64,000 nucleotides of DNA from the human T2T-CHM13v2.0 reference genome, Homo sapiens: NCBI RefSeq assembly GCF_009914755.1, contig NC_060930.1; one strand, given 5' to 3'. Below, one piece after another: positions 1-13,597 of this stretch. Each line of letters begins with the position of its first letter. Positions within the stretch are counted from its first letter, which is position 1. Made by a program: the position numbers and the translations under genes. The notes below the pieces were generated by a model. That model was not told the origin of the DNA and searched no databases. It saw nothing but the letters and a program-made list of their open reading frames with translations.

Positions 1-779
1 TTTAGTTAAGTATTGGCGAATGAATTAGTCAAGAAAGGAGAAATATATTCATCAAGGTTAAAAAAAAATTAAAAGCCGGTACCAGACACATCTTCTTCTG
101 AGTCATCTCAGTGTGATTTATCTAGTAATGAGTTAAATGTTTGCTGTATATTTACCACGGAGTGAGACAGAGCAGCCTTTATGTTCTCAGCAACAGCTTC
201 GAACGCTGCCAGCATTAGAACCTATTTGTTTTATTGAGAAGAGGGATTGTTGGCTGGAACACAAGGGCTCCCCATTACTCTTTCTGGAAAAAGCAATGGG
301 AACTTTAACTTTTCTCTGGACAGCTACCAACATCTATCAGAAGAAACAAGAGTGTAACGTCTCTTTCTGAAGGGCCGCACTTAGAATGCCTAACAGCCTC
401 CCAGCCTCTACTGGTGTCAGCAGTGGATAGAAGTCCAAATGCAAGCTATTCTGTGTTTACTGGAAGTGCTAAAGTGAATCAACCCTATAAACGGAAAACA
501 ACAAACTGACCTGACCTGGAATACTAAATGAAACCGAAGTCCAAAGGTACCAAGCTCAAAATCAAGAGCAGGGGCATTCAAGTGTACCCTCTTCCCCCCA
601 GGATTAATTCTGAGTTCAGACAGAGACATATTCTATGACCTCAAGTAGAAGACTTCATGTCTCTGCACTTTGGCTAACTCAAGGTCAAACTCAAGTCTCT
701 ATCAAAGTTTTCTACTTCTCAAAGTTGAGTTTTCTAAAACTCTTTTTTTCAACTGACTGCTGACTTTAAATCTTCCACA

Positions 780-1200
780 TGGCTTCCTTCAGCTTCAGTA
801 GACTATCTGCTTCCTCCTAATTCACAGAGAAAACTGAGAAACGAGTGAGAAAACTCCCAACTCTGTCCACACTGCCCACAAGTTTTTCAGCCAAGTATTT
901 TCCACTTCCTGTCCTGTTCATTCCTCCACCCACCACTGCCTGGCTTCCACCTTCGCTGCACCACTGAAGCTGCTCTGGTTAACACTGCTGCTGCCTTAAC
1001 CTGAAGAACACTTGTAAATCCCTGTCTCATTTGACCTTCCCTTGGCATTCAGTACGGCTGTTGACCATTTCTTCACTTTCCATTCTGCTGGTTCCTGGTT
1101 CTCCAGGTTTCTGGTTCCCCTAACACCTACCAAGTCTCTTTAATGCCTTCTTAAATGTTGCTGTTGCCCCAGGTATCCCATTTAGCTCTCGGCTAATTCA
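780..1200 (+). mobile_element. L2 LINE fragment (ORF2-derived, highly diverged)
   Basis: ctggcttccaccttcgctgcaccactgaagctgctctgg...tttgaccttcccttggcattc...ttgaccatttc resembles the L2 RT-region consensus. Confidence 0.55.
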
Positions 1201-1409
1201 TTGAACAAGGCTTTCTTGAATGAGGAAGAACTTAGTGGAAAGGCTAAAGCCAATCAGCTCCTCAGAGTGAAAACGGGCACAAGGGTTGGCACCAGAAAAA
1301 CAGAATAGAATAAGATCCACCCCTGTCCTCATGGACCTATGCTCTGGATCTCATTTGATTGCCCCAGCATCTACCCAGGCGCCCACGCTGAAAACTGTCA
1401 CACTCACAG

Positions 1410-1800
1410 CCAAAAGATCCCCGAATACAGTCACATCTGTCTTTTGAAAATCTTTTGCATCTGCTCACTCTGCTTCCTCTGTGTGGTCATCAGCTGAGTT
1501 CCAGCTTTTGTCATCCATCACCTGGACCAATGGCAATAAATCTTCCTTGTTCACTCTGACTCCAGCCTCACGTCCCTCCAATCTTTCCTGCATATTGCAT
1601 TCACAATGATTTTTAAAACACTCAATGTGGTCACATCATTCTTCATTCAAATCTTTTCAGTAGTTCCCCCATCATCTCCTTACGAGGCTTCTCATGAGCT
1701 GGCTCTCACCAGCTTCTCCTGTATCTCTTCTACTACTCTCCTGCGCACATCATAGCCTCCAAAATTAATAACCACCTTAGAGTTTCCCTGAGTGTTGACA
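1410..1800 (+). mobile_element. L2 LINE fragment
   Basis: catcacctggacc...ccctccaatctttcctgcatattgca...atgatttttaaaacactcaatgtggtcacatcatt, typical of the L2 3' region. Confidence 0.55.
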
Positions 1801-1929
1801 TGTTATCACACTTACACAGCAATAGCCTTAAGAAATCCTTTACAATCATGTGACTGAGATTCTTCATGTTATCTATGTAGTTTACTTTTTATACCACAAG
1901 TCTTGCACATAAAAGCACATTGACTTACT

Positions 1930-3330
<1,401 letters not shown>

Positions 3331-3524
3331 TGATCTGCACCCACTGAGAGGCCCCTCGGTTTTCCTGCACAGGTTACTTCTCTTCAGGGACTGTTGTTGT
3401 TTTTAAATTTTATTTGAACCAGTAGCTCTGGAATTTGGGTAGGATGATTTCCGCCCAAGTCCTTGACATCCACCAGTGTTTACTTCCTTTTTGTGCATTC
3501 TGTGGGCACCCACGGCTGAACAAT

Positions 3525-3765
3525 AGTGAGAGGGGCTCTGAAACTGATTTCAGAAGATGGGGTTCAAGGTCAAGCAATATCACATGCCAGCTGTGAGTCG
3601 TCAGGTCTTGGACAGATTATTTAAGTTCTCTGAGTCTACTTTTCCATCTTTAAAATAGGCACATAATAATGGCCTACCTCCCGGGATGGCTGAAGGACTG
3701 TATGAGATGGTACACAGCAAAGTATCAAACCAGCCACACCTAGCATTTGAGAGCCATATGTGTTA
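3525..3765 (+). mobile_element. MIR SINE
   Basis: Core cttggacagattatttaagttctctgagtctacttttccatctttaaaatagg...ataatggcctacctc. Confidence 0.65.
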
Positions 3766-3783
3766 ATTTCATTTTGCTCACCA

Positions 3784-3870
3784 CTTCTCTTCAGAGTTGT
3801 TATGAAAATCAAATGAAATAATACACATGCAGCTGCTCTGCAAACCATATGTAATGTTCAGATTATTGAT
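3784..3870 (+). mobile_element. MIR 3' fragment
   Basis: cagagttgttatgaaaatcaaatgaaataatacacatgc. Confidence 0.45.
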
Positions 3871-4213
3871 AATAAATTATCCCTGATTTGAGAAATCAGG
3901 TGGCTTTCCAGAAATTATGAAGAGCTGGAAAGGAACTTTAGGCCTTGTGGTGGCAAAGTCAGTGCTCCAGCCAAGGAGGCCCATGCTCTGCTTAGCTAAA
4001 CGGCCCTCCCTGGAGATAGCATCATTGGAGGGCAATCTTAGTATGTCATACAAGGTTGCTAGGTGCTAAAAATATAGACTTGCCAGTTTCCTACAGAGAA
4101 GGAGGGTTTTCTGCTGGGTTCAAGCATTACTCTAGCAGCAAGATCTGGGGGCACCTTCTCTTTTATCTCTCCTCCGAATCAAATGTCTTGCCCTTTATTT
4201 GAAAATAAAGCTC

Positions 4214-4466
4214 TCCCAGCACTTTGGGAGGCTGAGGTAGGTGAATCACTTAAGCTCAGGAGTTTGAGACCAGCCTGGGTAACAAGGCAGAGCCCCATCT
4301 CTGCAAAAAAAAAAAAGAAAGGAAAAACACTCAGCCAGGTGTGGTGGCACTTGCCTGTAGTCCCTGCTACAAGGGAGGATGGCTTGAGCTTGGGAGGTTG
4401 AGGCTGCAGTGAGCTGAGTTCGTGCCACTGCATTCCAGCCTGTCTTAAAAAACAAAAGAAAAGAAA
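4214..4466 (+). mobile_element. Alu (AluJ-like, 5'-truncated, internal deletions)
   Basis: tcccagcactttgggaggctgagg...ggaggttgaggctgcagtgagc; TSD aaaataaagctc / aaaagaaagctc. Confidence 0.93.
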
Positions 4467-5019
4467 GCTCCCTGGGGCTCTCACCTCTCTCATTCATCCA
4501 GGCTTTCCCCAGTTCCTGGAATTCTGTCTCCTTCTGCCTTCTCCGGCCACTAGACCACCTCATATGGAAATTCAGACCGTGACCTGAGCAGCCCTATGGA
4601 GCTACACATGTCACTTCCTGCTCTCTTCATAGTCACATGCTAGTACACAGCAGCCCCGACCTAGTCACAGCTACCTGCAGTGGGGCCCTCACCCTAAAAG
4701 CCCCACCAATACCGACACACAGCCAGTTACCTTGATTTGGAGACATTAAGGTTCTCAGAAGATCACTTAAGCCCTTAAATCAACAAAGTAGTTCTTGATG
4801 CGGCCCACAGCGAGGTTTCTTACCAACGCTCTGTCTAACAGCTTCAACCAACTATTTTTGCTAACTAGGTACTAAACTTTTAAAGTCATTATTTAAGTCT
4901 TTTGTGCCTCCTAAATTCACTGCCTTGGAGCAAATCCCTGGTCATGAACCTCTGGTTGCCCCCTTGCCCAGACTTTCTCAGAGAGAAAGGTAGGAATGGG
5001 TCCCAGAGTTGATGTCTCC

Positions 5020-5250
5020 ACTTAAAACCCATCTGCCACTTACAAACTATTGACCTTCGGCAAATCATTTCATTTCTCCATGCCTCCGTTTCCTCATAGA
5101 TAAAACTGGTGATGATCATGATGATGTTACCTACATCACAGAGTTTTTGTAGGAAATTAAGAAAATGTCTGTGAGGTGCTCAGCTCAGCACAGTGCCTCG
5201 CACATTCACAGTAAGTAAAGAATATGTCTTAATTTTAGTATTAGTATTAC
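5020..5250 (+). mobile_element. MIR SINE
   Basis: tctgccacttac...tgaccttcggcaaatcattt...tgcctccgtttcctcat...gcacagtgcctcgcacat. Confidence 0.7.
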
Positions 5251-5259
5251 TGTTTAGCT

Positions 5260-5437
5260 CAGGAGTAAGCAAATTAAGGCCCAAGTGTCAAATCCTACCA
5301 CACACATTCATTTACATATTGTCAATGCATGTTTTCACTACAATAGCAGAGTTGAGTGATTGAAACAGAGACAGCATGGCCACAAAGCCTAAAATATTAA
5401 CTAGCTGGCCCTTTACAGAAAAAGTTTGGCAACTCTG
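5260..5437 (+). mobile_element. MER58A-like hAT-Charlie MITE
   Basis: cattcatttacatattgtc...gcagagttgagtg...aagcctaaaatatt...ctggccctttacagaaaaagtttg. Confidence 0.8.
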
Positions 5438-5499
5438 GGTTTAGCCTGTTGTATCTCTCCTTCCTGGCCAGATGGTGAGACCAGCATAAAAACCACTGG

Positions 5500-5945
5500 T
5501 GACAGAGGCTGTTAGTTGCCTCCCAATACCCAGTTTTCTCTTCCTGTATAGTAATAGAATCCTCTCCCCTTTTTAGCCTGCACATGATGCCTGGAATAAA
5601 GACTGCATTTCCCAGACTCCCTTGCTACTAGATACAGCCATGTGACTGAGTCCTGGCCAATGGGATGTAATTTTAACTACTTTATGCATTTTTTCTTGGG
5701 GGAAAATAAAATTCTTATAGGACTTCCTTTTCCTCCTTTCTGGAGTCTGAAATGTTAAGTATGGAGGCAAAAGCTGAAGCTGGAGCAACAGTCTCAGAAT
5801 ATGACAACAACCATGAGAATGGAGGCCATTCATAGCAGAACTACGAGACAAGAGGAGCCTAGGTCCCTGAGCTGCAGAACTGCATACTAACCTGGTATGC
5901 ATCTTATTTGAGCAATTTTGGGCTTTCTGCACTCAGTGATGATTT
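5500..5945 (+). mobile_element. MaLR solo LTR (MLT1J-like)
   Basis: aataaagactgcatttcccagactcccttgc...gccatgtgactgagtcctggccaatgggatgtaa. Confidence 0.7.
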
Positions 5946-7114
5946 GTTAGTCTTAAAAAATATACTAGACAAATCTTTAAAGAAGAGTAGAAAGCTTATT
6001 GTTAGTTAGCCCTCAATGGCTCTTGTTTGACACTACCTAAAAATTCTTTGCAGTAAATTTTGTACTCGGATAGGTTGGTTCTTGGCCACACAGAACAATG
6101 TATTCTTGCAGAAGGCCAAAAGAACACTGCACATGTTTTATGTTTATTCAGGGAAAAGGATTAATACTCATTCAAGGAAAAAAAGATTTATTAAAAGGCT
6201 TAATCAGGGACAAAAAAGAGACTCATTTGGAATTAAGATTTAAAAGAAGATGAAAGAACAAGCAAAAGAAGAGTGGCATTAAGCCTGAAAAGAGAATCCA
6301 AGTCTTGGACTGACACTGGTTCAAGTTGGGTCTCTGGCTCATGCTTCCAAAAGGAGCTGTCCTCTTAGAAGCAAGCCCTCCAGTGGGACAGGGTCAGGGT
6401 AGGGGTTGAAAGACACTCTTATATTCTTACAGATGAGAAGACTAATACTCAGTGAGGTGAACTCCTTCAGGGCCACAGGCTGTAAAGATCTAAACACCAT
6501 CTGATCCAGTTTCAATATGACTGCCTGGATGAAGAAGGATTTGAGACTAAGTTTATTCCTCCAAAGCAAACCAACTGAGAATGCAGGTAAGGCAGGAAAC
6601 AGTCATTGTTTCTGGAGAAAGGATCTTCTGTGATCTTGTGTCTGAAGTCTGTTTGAACTTCTGTAGAAATGCCTGGGAAATGCACACTGTGAGTAAAGAA
6701 AGGAGACCTAGTACTTTTTAAAATGCCATTGAAATCTGTGACTGTAAAGGAAAGAGACTGCTTGCATCCTGCCAGCAAAAAACAGATTTAGAAAAGAAAG
6801 AGCTGTGTCCAGGAAACTTGTGAACTTTCTGTTTGGATGGCATATATTTTCTTTATAAACCCTCTTTCATTGTCACTTACTCAGTTACTAATTACAATAG
6901 TCTCTGGGGATGATTGGGCTGGGAGCGTTCAGTGACAACCAGATAGTTAAAGGACATACAGAACACTTCCCAAAATTCAAACCACTGCAGAGCCCAGAAG
7001 CTTCACAGTTAGAAAATCTCTGTTCTCAATGAGGCAAGGCCACCATTTCCCATAGTTGTGCCAAATCCGCTTCCAGGGTTAACTTTTGCTTACCAAGTGT
7101 TTCATATTTTAACA

Positions 7115-7116
<2 letters not shown>

Positions 7117-7155
<39 letters not shown>
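7117..7155. repeat. (TG)n microsatellite, ~19 units
   Basis: Pure TG run. Confidence 0.98.
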
Positions 7156-7158
<3 letters not shown>

Positions 7159-7345
7159 GGGACAAGTATATAAGTAAACAGTGTCACACTTTATAACTAA
7201 CAACTGTATGTGTTATTACCCCATTTTACAGATAAGGAAACTAAGGTCAAACTTAAGAGACTAGTTTGCCCAGATTGCCCGCTAGTAAAGTGGCCTTATT
7301 GAGATACCAACTGAGTTATTGTTCATTCAAACCTGCTCTTTAAAT
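7156..7345 (-). mobile_element. MIR SINE
   Basis: ttattaccccattttacagataaggaaactaagg...ttgcccagattg. Confidence 0.65.
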
Positions 7346-7654
7346 TATTTCTCTTTTTTAAAAATGAAGAGCTGGAGAAAATTTCTTATGACCAACTAAA
7401 GTCAGAGAAGTCTGTGCTGTTTTGTTTTCAAAGTTACCCAGTACTTTATGTTGCCTTTATTTTTAATCAGTGGCTCTGATTCACCCGCTGCACCTTATGC
7501 ATTGATGTGGTATCCTAGAAACAGTTTACTCTTGTTTCAAAGAAATTATTCTCCATATCCTGACTGGCCAGATTCTTTCATTACTTTTGATAGTTCCCAG
7601 TGTGTTTCTGATAGACCTGAAAGTCCCAAGAGACCCTTACCGTACTCTGTAGAC

Positions 7655-9367
7655 AAGCAATTCTCAATTTTTTTCAATGTCAGGACCTCTTTACGCTCTT
7701 AAAAATTATCGAAAACCCCAAAGAACTTTTGTTTATGTGGGTCAGATCCATTGACATATACCATTCTGGAATTTAAAACTGGGAAATTTTTAAACAATTG
7801 ATTAATTTATTTTTTAAAAATAATAACCTTATCACGTTTGCATAAATAACATTTTCATGAAGCTTAAGCCATGTTTAAAAAAATGAGTAAGATGTGTATG
7901 TTTTTATAAATCTCTAATGGTTGACTTAATAGAAGACAGCGTATGGGTTCTCATACCTTCTTTTGTATTCAATCTGTTACGCTGTCTTGGTTGAAATATG
8001 TAAAGAAAATTCAGCTCTATACAGATATGTAGTTGGAAAAAGGAGGAATATTTTTATAAACCTTTCAGATACTTGTGGATATCCTTCTTTAATGCCATTC
8101 AAAAACTCAAAACTCAACAAGTGGTAGTTTTTTTAAAAAGATTAATTGCAAATGGAATCAAATTCATTATCAATGAACTTTTCCTGCTCTGTTACTTTAA
8201 ACTCCATTGGACTATATTTCACTATGAATACACACACGATTACGGGACACCATGCGTTGGTCATTTGGAAGCTCACTGAGCTATTCAGATCTTCCAAATG
8301 TTGGCATATTGTATTATATAATATCCCCAAAGATTACATCTATTAATATCACTACAAATAGCATCAGAAAAGTTCTGAAGTTTTGGGAAGCTGTCAGGCC
8401 CACAGTGGAAAATTCAAGTTGGGTTTTTGATTGTTCATTTGCTTTTTGTGACAGAGTCTTGCTCTGTCGCCTAGGCTGGAGTGCAGTGGCGCAATCTTGG
8501 TTCACTATAACTCTGATCCCCGGGCTCCAGCAATCCTCCCACCTCGGCCTCCCGCGTAGCTGTGACTATAAGCACACACCACCATGCCCGGCTAATTTTT
8601 GCATTTTTTGTAGAGACAGGGTCTTGCTATGTTGCCCAGGCCAGTCTCAAACTCCTGGGTTCAAGCAATCCACTCGCCTTGGCCTCTTAAAGCACTGGGA
8701 TTACAAGCGTGAACCACCATGCCTGGCTGAAGATTCAAGTTTTTAAAACATCTGATTTCCACTTGAAACCTTGAATTGTATCATTGGCAACAAATAATGT
8801 CAGTTATTTTCCTTGAGATGACAACTTCACTTAGTTATTTTCAAGAAAACTGCTGCCATGTAGCCAACTGTGAATGACCACAGTTTGCCTGTCAGTCATT
8901 CTGTCAAGTAAAATGGTGCTCCTCAAACAAAGCAGCACGTTTAGCTCACAACTCAACAACCACACAGCAGTCTTCCTCCCACCCACCATGGCACTTATAT
9001 TAATATAAGCAGCAGAGGTGCTTTATGTATGAGTATTGTGTGAAAATACTCAAAAGACCTGTAACCAAGGGTCAAGATTACTACAATTAATTTCTACTGC
9101 TTCCTAAGGGCATTCTTAAGTGACACTAGCATATTTTACAAGCCAGAGTGTAACAATGAGCACAATGACTGCTACCACAGCTTGCTGCCAGCCATTGCCT
9201 TGACTTGTCCTAAAACACAGCCATTTTCATCCGCCTCCATGGCTACTGCATCATCAGTGCAAAGTCAACCCAGTAAAAAAGGCAAATAGCATCTCCGTGT
9301 TATCATAAAAATAGTTTTGACCTCATGGCTCCCCTTAAAGGGCTTGGGGCATCACAGAGAGCCACTG
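7655..9367 (-). mobile_element. Charlie1a-like hAT DNA transposon carrying a decayed C-terminal transposase coding region
   Basis: Terminus aagcaattctcaa...tcaggacctctttacgctcttaaaaattatcgaaaacccc; other end atagttttgacctcatggctcccc; minus-strand ORF 8142-8330 ([13 protein letters not shown]...PMEFKVTEQEKFID) resembles Charlie transposase; interrupted by an Alu. Confidence 0.87.
8421..8728 (-). mobile_element. Alu (AluJ-like) inserted in Charlie1a
   Basis: Full antisense dimer; TSD gaaaattcaagtt (8408-8420) / gaagattcaagtt (8729-8741). Confidence 0.95.
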
Positions 9368-9722
9368 CTACAGCCAACTGAGAGAGAACTCTCAAAAGCC
9401 AGGCTTTTTCTGTCCCTGTCCTTCTCACAGTGAAACACTTAACGCACTCTCTGATTGTGGCTCTTAACTCGCCAGGTAAAAGTCCTTCTGTGTAGTCTAG
9501 GAAGAAGGGCAAGGGCAAAGGGAGGACTTTGTTTATGAAGCCTAAGTAGAATATGCTCTGCTAGATAATCAGTCCTGGAATGAAGGAGGGGAGAAGTGAG
9601 TTTCTGATTGTCTGAGCCCAGGTCTGATGTTGGGAAATGCCAGCATTCCAACCCCTGATTTCCATTCCCACTACCAGACTTAGGCAAAGTTACTCACCCG
9701 TTCTTGACCACATAAATGTATG

Positions 9723-10513
<791 letters not shown>

Positions 10514-11089
10514 CTATATAACAATTACTCCCTTTGAAAATCAGGAACTCACAGATGATTCAAAGTGTGACCTACACTTTTCTTGCTGATGCCTGGCCAT
10601 AGGCAGCAGCGCAAGACTGTGTCTCTCTCTCAATCTCTCTCTTTCACATCTCAGGTTTCTATGCAGTTAGAAAAGCTACTTTTCTAGAATCACTTTTTCC
10701 TAAGTAATCCATATCACATCTGTTAGGAATTACTAATTAATAAGCAAAGTTAACCAAAAAAAGAGAGTATTATAAATCCATCTTTCTATTAGATTGTGAT
10801 AACTGCCCCCTTCTATTCATTATTTCCTGTACCAAACTCATTTTGTAAACTAAGATCAAGTCTAATAAAAAAATTCTTTTTTGTTAAGTAGCAACAAGCA
10901 TGCCACATGAAATATTGAAATATATTGAGTTTACAAAAAACAAACTCAAAAGACTATCTTATTAAATTCAAAAGGAATGTTTCTTCACAAAAAGCTTTTT
11001 GGGTAAGACAATGAGGATTCACCAGCTCTATTTTATTACAGATACCTGAGTCTGTTTTATGTTTCTGTGGTGGAATTTGGTTCTCAGAG

Positions 11090-11235
11090 CTTTGTGACCT
11101 GTCGATGAGGACATCTCAGTCAGTCTTTTCCAGTACCTCTTTTGTTTGTTTTAGTTTGCAGAATCTGTGCAGCTAAACAGAAATTAAAACAACTGATTTC
11201 TAAGACTCGTCCAGCTCTGACATGAAATGATTCTA
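11090..11235 (+). mobile_element. MIR3-like remnant
   Basis: 3' end tgatttctaagactcgtccagctctgacatgaaatgattcta. Confidence 0.4.
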
Positions 11236-13369
11236 AGAACCCCTGTGATTTTCCAAATTATAGCCTGTGTTCTTGCTGTCCATTGTCTTGCTATTTTGTA
11301 GAGTATGATCCAGATTCCCGGCCTGTCCTAATCTGTTGGAAAATACTTTCAATTTGAAAAGCTGGATGGATAAAAATGACAATTCTCTCAACTCCAGTCC
11401 CCATTATGCAGGTTTTCTGTGGCTTTGGGGGTTAAATGCCTGATACAGACTGATTGCCCCTACCGTTTTAGAGAGTTCTCATGTTGTTTCAGCTGCTTAT
11501 GTAAAAAAATGTTAAGCTGTATTACCATTTGAGTACTTGATTTAGTGATGCTTTCAATGACTGCTTGCATTTTCTGGACATGTAATTCCATTTTTTATAT
11601 ACCATCCCTAGTTTAAACCTTCAAAGCCATATTTTAAAAGCATCAGCAGCTGAGGCTGAATGTAAATATTCCTTTAATCTGGCTGAGACTACACACCTCC
11701 CCCTTTAGGAAAAGAAAAAAAAAAACTGTAGAGACTGTCATAAATAACTTTACTTAAGTGAATGCTGAAATTAGGCACCACATTGCTTGGCTCCTAGTAA
11801 CCTCTTTGCAGCCAGATATGTAGAGTACCCACTGGCCAAAACTTCATCTTTTCAGAAATGGAAAGCAGGGAAAAACAATGTGATCACCTTTTAAAGGGGC
11901 ATGTTGGACCCAGTTCCAAAGTTCAATATGCCTGGACAGTTCTCAGTGCAGTAACTACAGCTGACCTTGGAAGAAAATGATGTTTATAGCAGCCCATGAG
12001 TCGGGAAGGGTGATAATGAACGAAATGTAATCATGTATTCCTGGCACACACTTTGAATAGTACAAGGAGCTAATTGCATTTAAGTATTATCTTACAATAC
12101 AGTGACCCAATCATTTTGGAAGATAGCCAAAGCCTCCCTTTTTAGAAGAGGAGGAACTTTTTAGCAAAAATTCATTAATTTTAACCTCTGAAACTCCAAA
12201 AACTTTTTCCTGGATCAAGTCAAATGGCACGGATTTTTCCCGTAACTCTTCCTATCTGTACTGTCAAATGCTGACATGTATATCACAGGCTCCTGGGCTG
12301 AACTCTGAAATGATGGATCCTGTTATGCTTTGGCTCCTGGTAATCCTTGGTTTAGTATAACTTGTGGCACCACTTACGGCGGTTCTCACTCAGATGACAT
12401 GAAGGAAATATTCATCCTGCTAAAGTCTGGTGCCTGTCCAGGGAAGAGTGCCAGCCCACAGTGCCACAAGAGGTAAGGGAGAGCACAAATGTCTCAAAGA
12501 ACAAAAGAGCAACAGGAAGAAACCAGTCCTAAAATGGCATGTAAGAATATACTTTGCTTTCCCTTTTCAACTCGTAGTTTGATACGTAGGTTAATGCCAT
12601 CCTACATACCTTTATGTTGGAGTTAAGCAGGCCCTTGAAAAATAAACGGAGAACTGACAAAGGAATTAAGGTATTTTCTTCTACATACACATTTTTTAGA
12701 AAGTGCCAGTGTAATTGATAGCATATGCTGCTTTTTAGCCATTTTTCAGTTCTATGTATATAAAGGATGTTGGAATTAATTGGTCTCTTTCTGGAATTTG
12801 TGTTTTGGTCAAGTGCTTAAAATTTCTTATAATACTTTTCTATTAATACTGTTTTGTGAAGCTGGCATTTTTAGCTAAAACATATTTGGGACTGCAATTT
12901 GCTACAGACATTACAGCCAAATTGAACAACAAGATGAAGACACTGACTCTGCTTTCAGGAGCTTATACGCCAAACACCGGAAATGGAAAACTTGTAATTA
13001 TTCGAAAAGCAGGCAACAGGAACACAAACTTTTTGAAATATCAGAAATATCAACTTGAGAAGTTGCTTGTAGGCCATCAAAATCCATCTGTGTTTGACAG
13101 TTTTACCATAACTAGATCCAATTTGTACATCAGATAATTGGAAGGTACTTGACTAGCGGGGGAAAGAAAAAAAAAAGAATATTGGAAAGAAAAAGAATAT
13201 GGATCTATTAATGAAAAGAAGTGAAATTCTATGTCTAAGGGAAATTTTTTAGAGTTTGTCAGATTCCAGAGGTAGTCCAAGGTTTTTTGACATGACCCAT
13301 GGAATACCAGGCAGAAAAAGAAATAAAGCCAACATCTTCTTGCAGCTGGCAGGCAGAGTCAGACAGAGC

Positions 13370-13597
13370 AGGGCAAAGGACAGTTGGGGAACTCCCTTTG
13401 GGCTTCCCTCCCTCTTGTGGATCAATCATGGTGTTAGAATACAAATGGGAATTTTATTTGTCCCATAGCCAATGATAGGGGACACAATTTTTAAACTGGA
13501 CAGATTCCAAGTAAACTCCACCCGCTATAAAAATCACGAGGCAGTCGGTGAAAAGCAGCCATTCTTCCTGCTGGAGGCTGTGAATGAAAATGTATGT
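13370..13597 (+). promoter_or_regulatory. Candidate Pol II core promoter (DR1, CCAAT, CACCC, TATA, Inr-like element, then a donor-like site)
   Basis: agggcaaaggaca 13370-13382; agccaatga 13467-13475; ccaccc 13518-13523; tataaaa 13526-13532; ccattct 13559-13565; aat|gtatgt at 13591/13592; lies in non-repeat DNA. Confidence 0.35.

Noticed and set aside
8142-8330. Transposase-like ORF as an active or domesticated gene
   Set aside because: A short remnant in a frameshifted Charlie1a copy that is also disrupted by an Alu.
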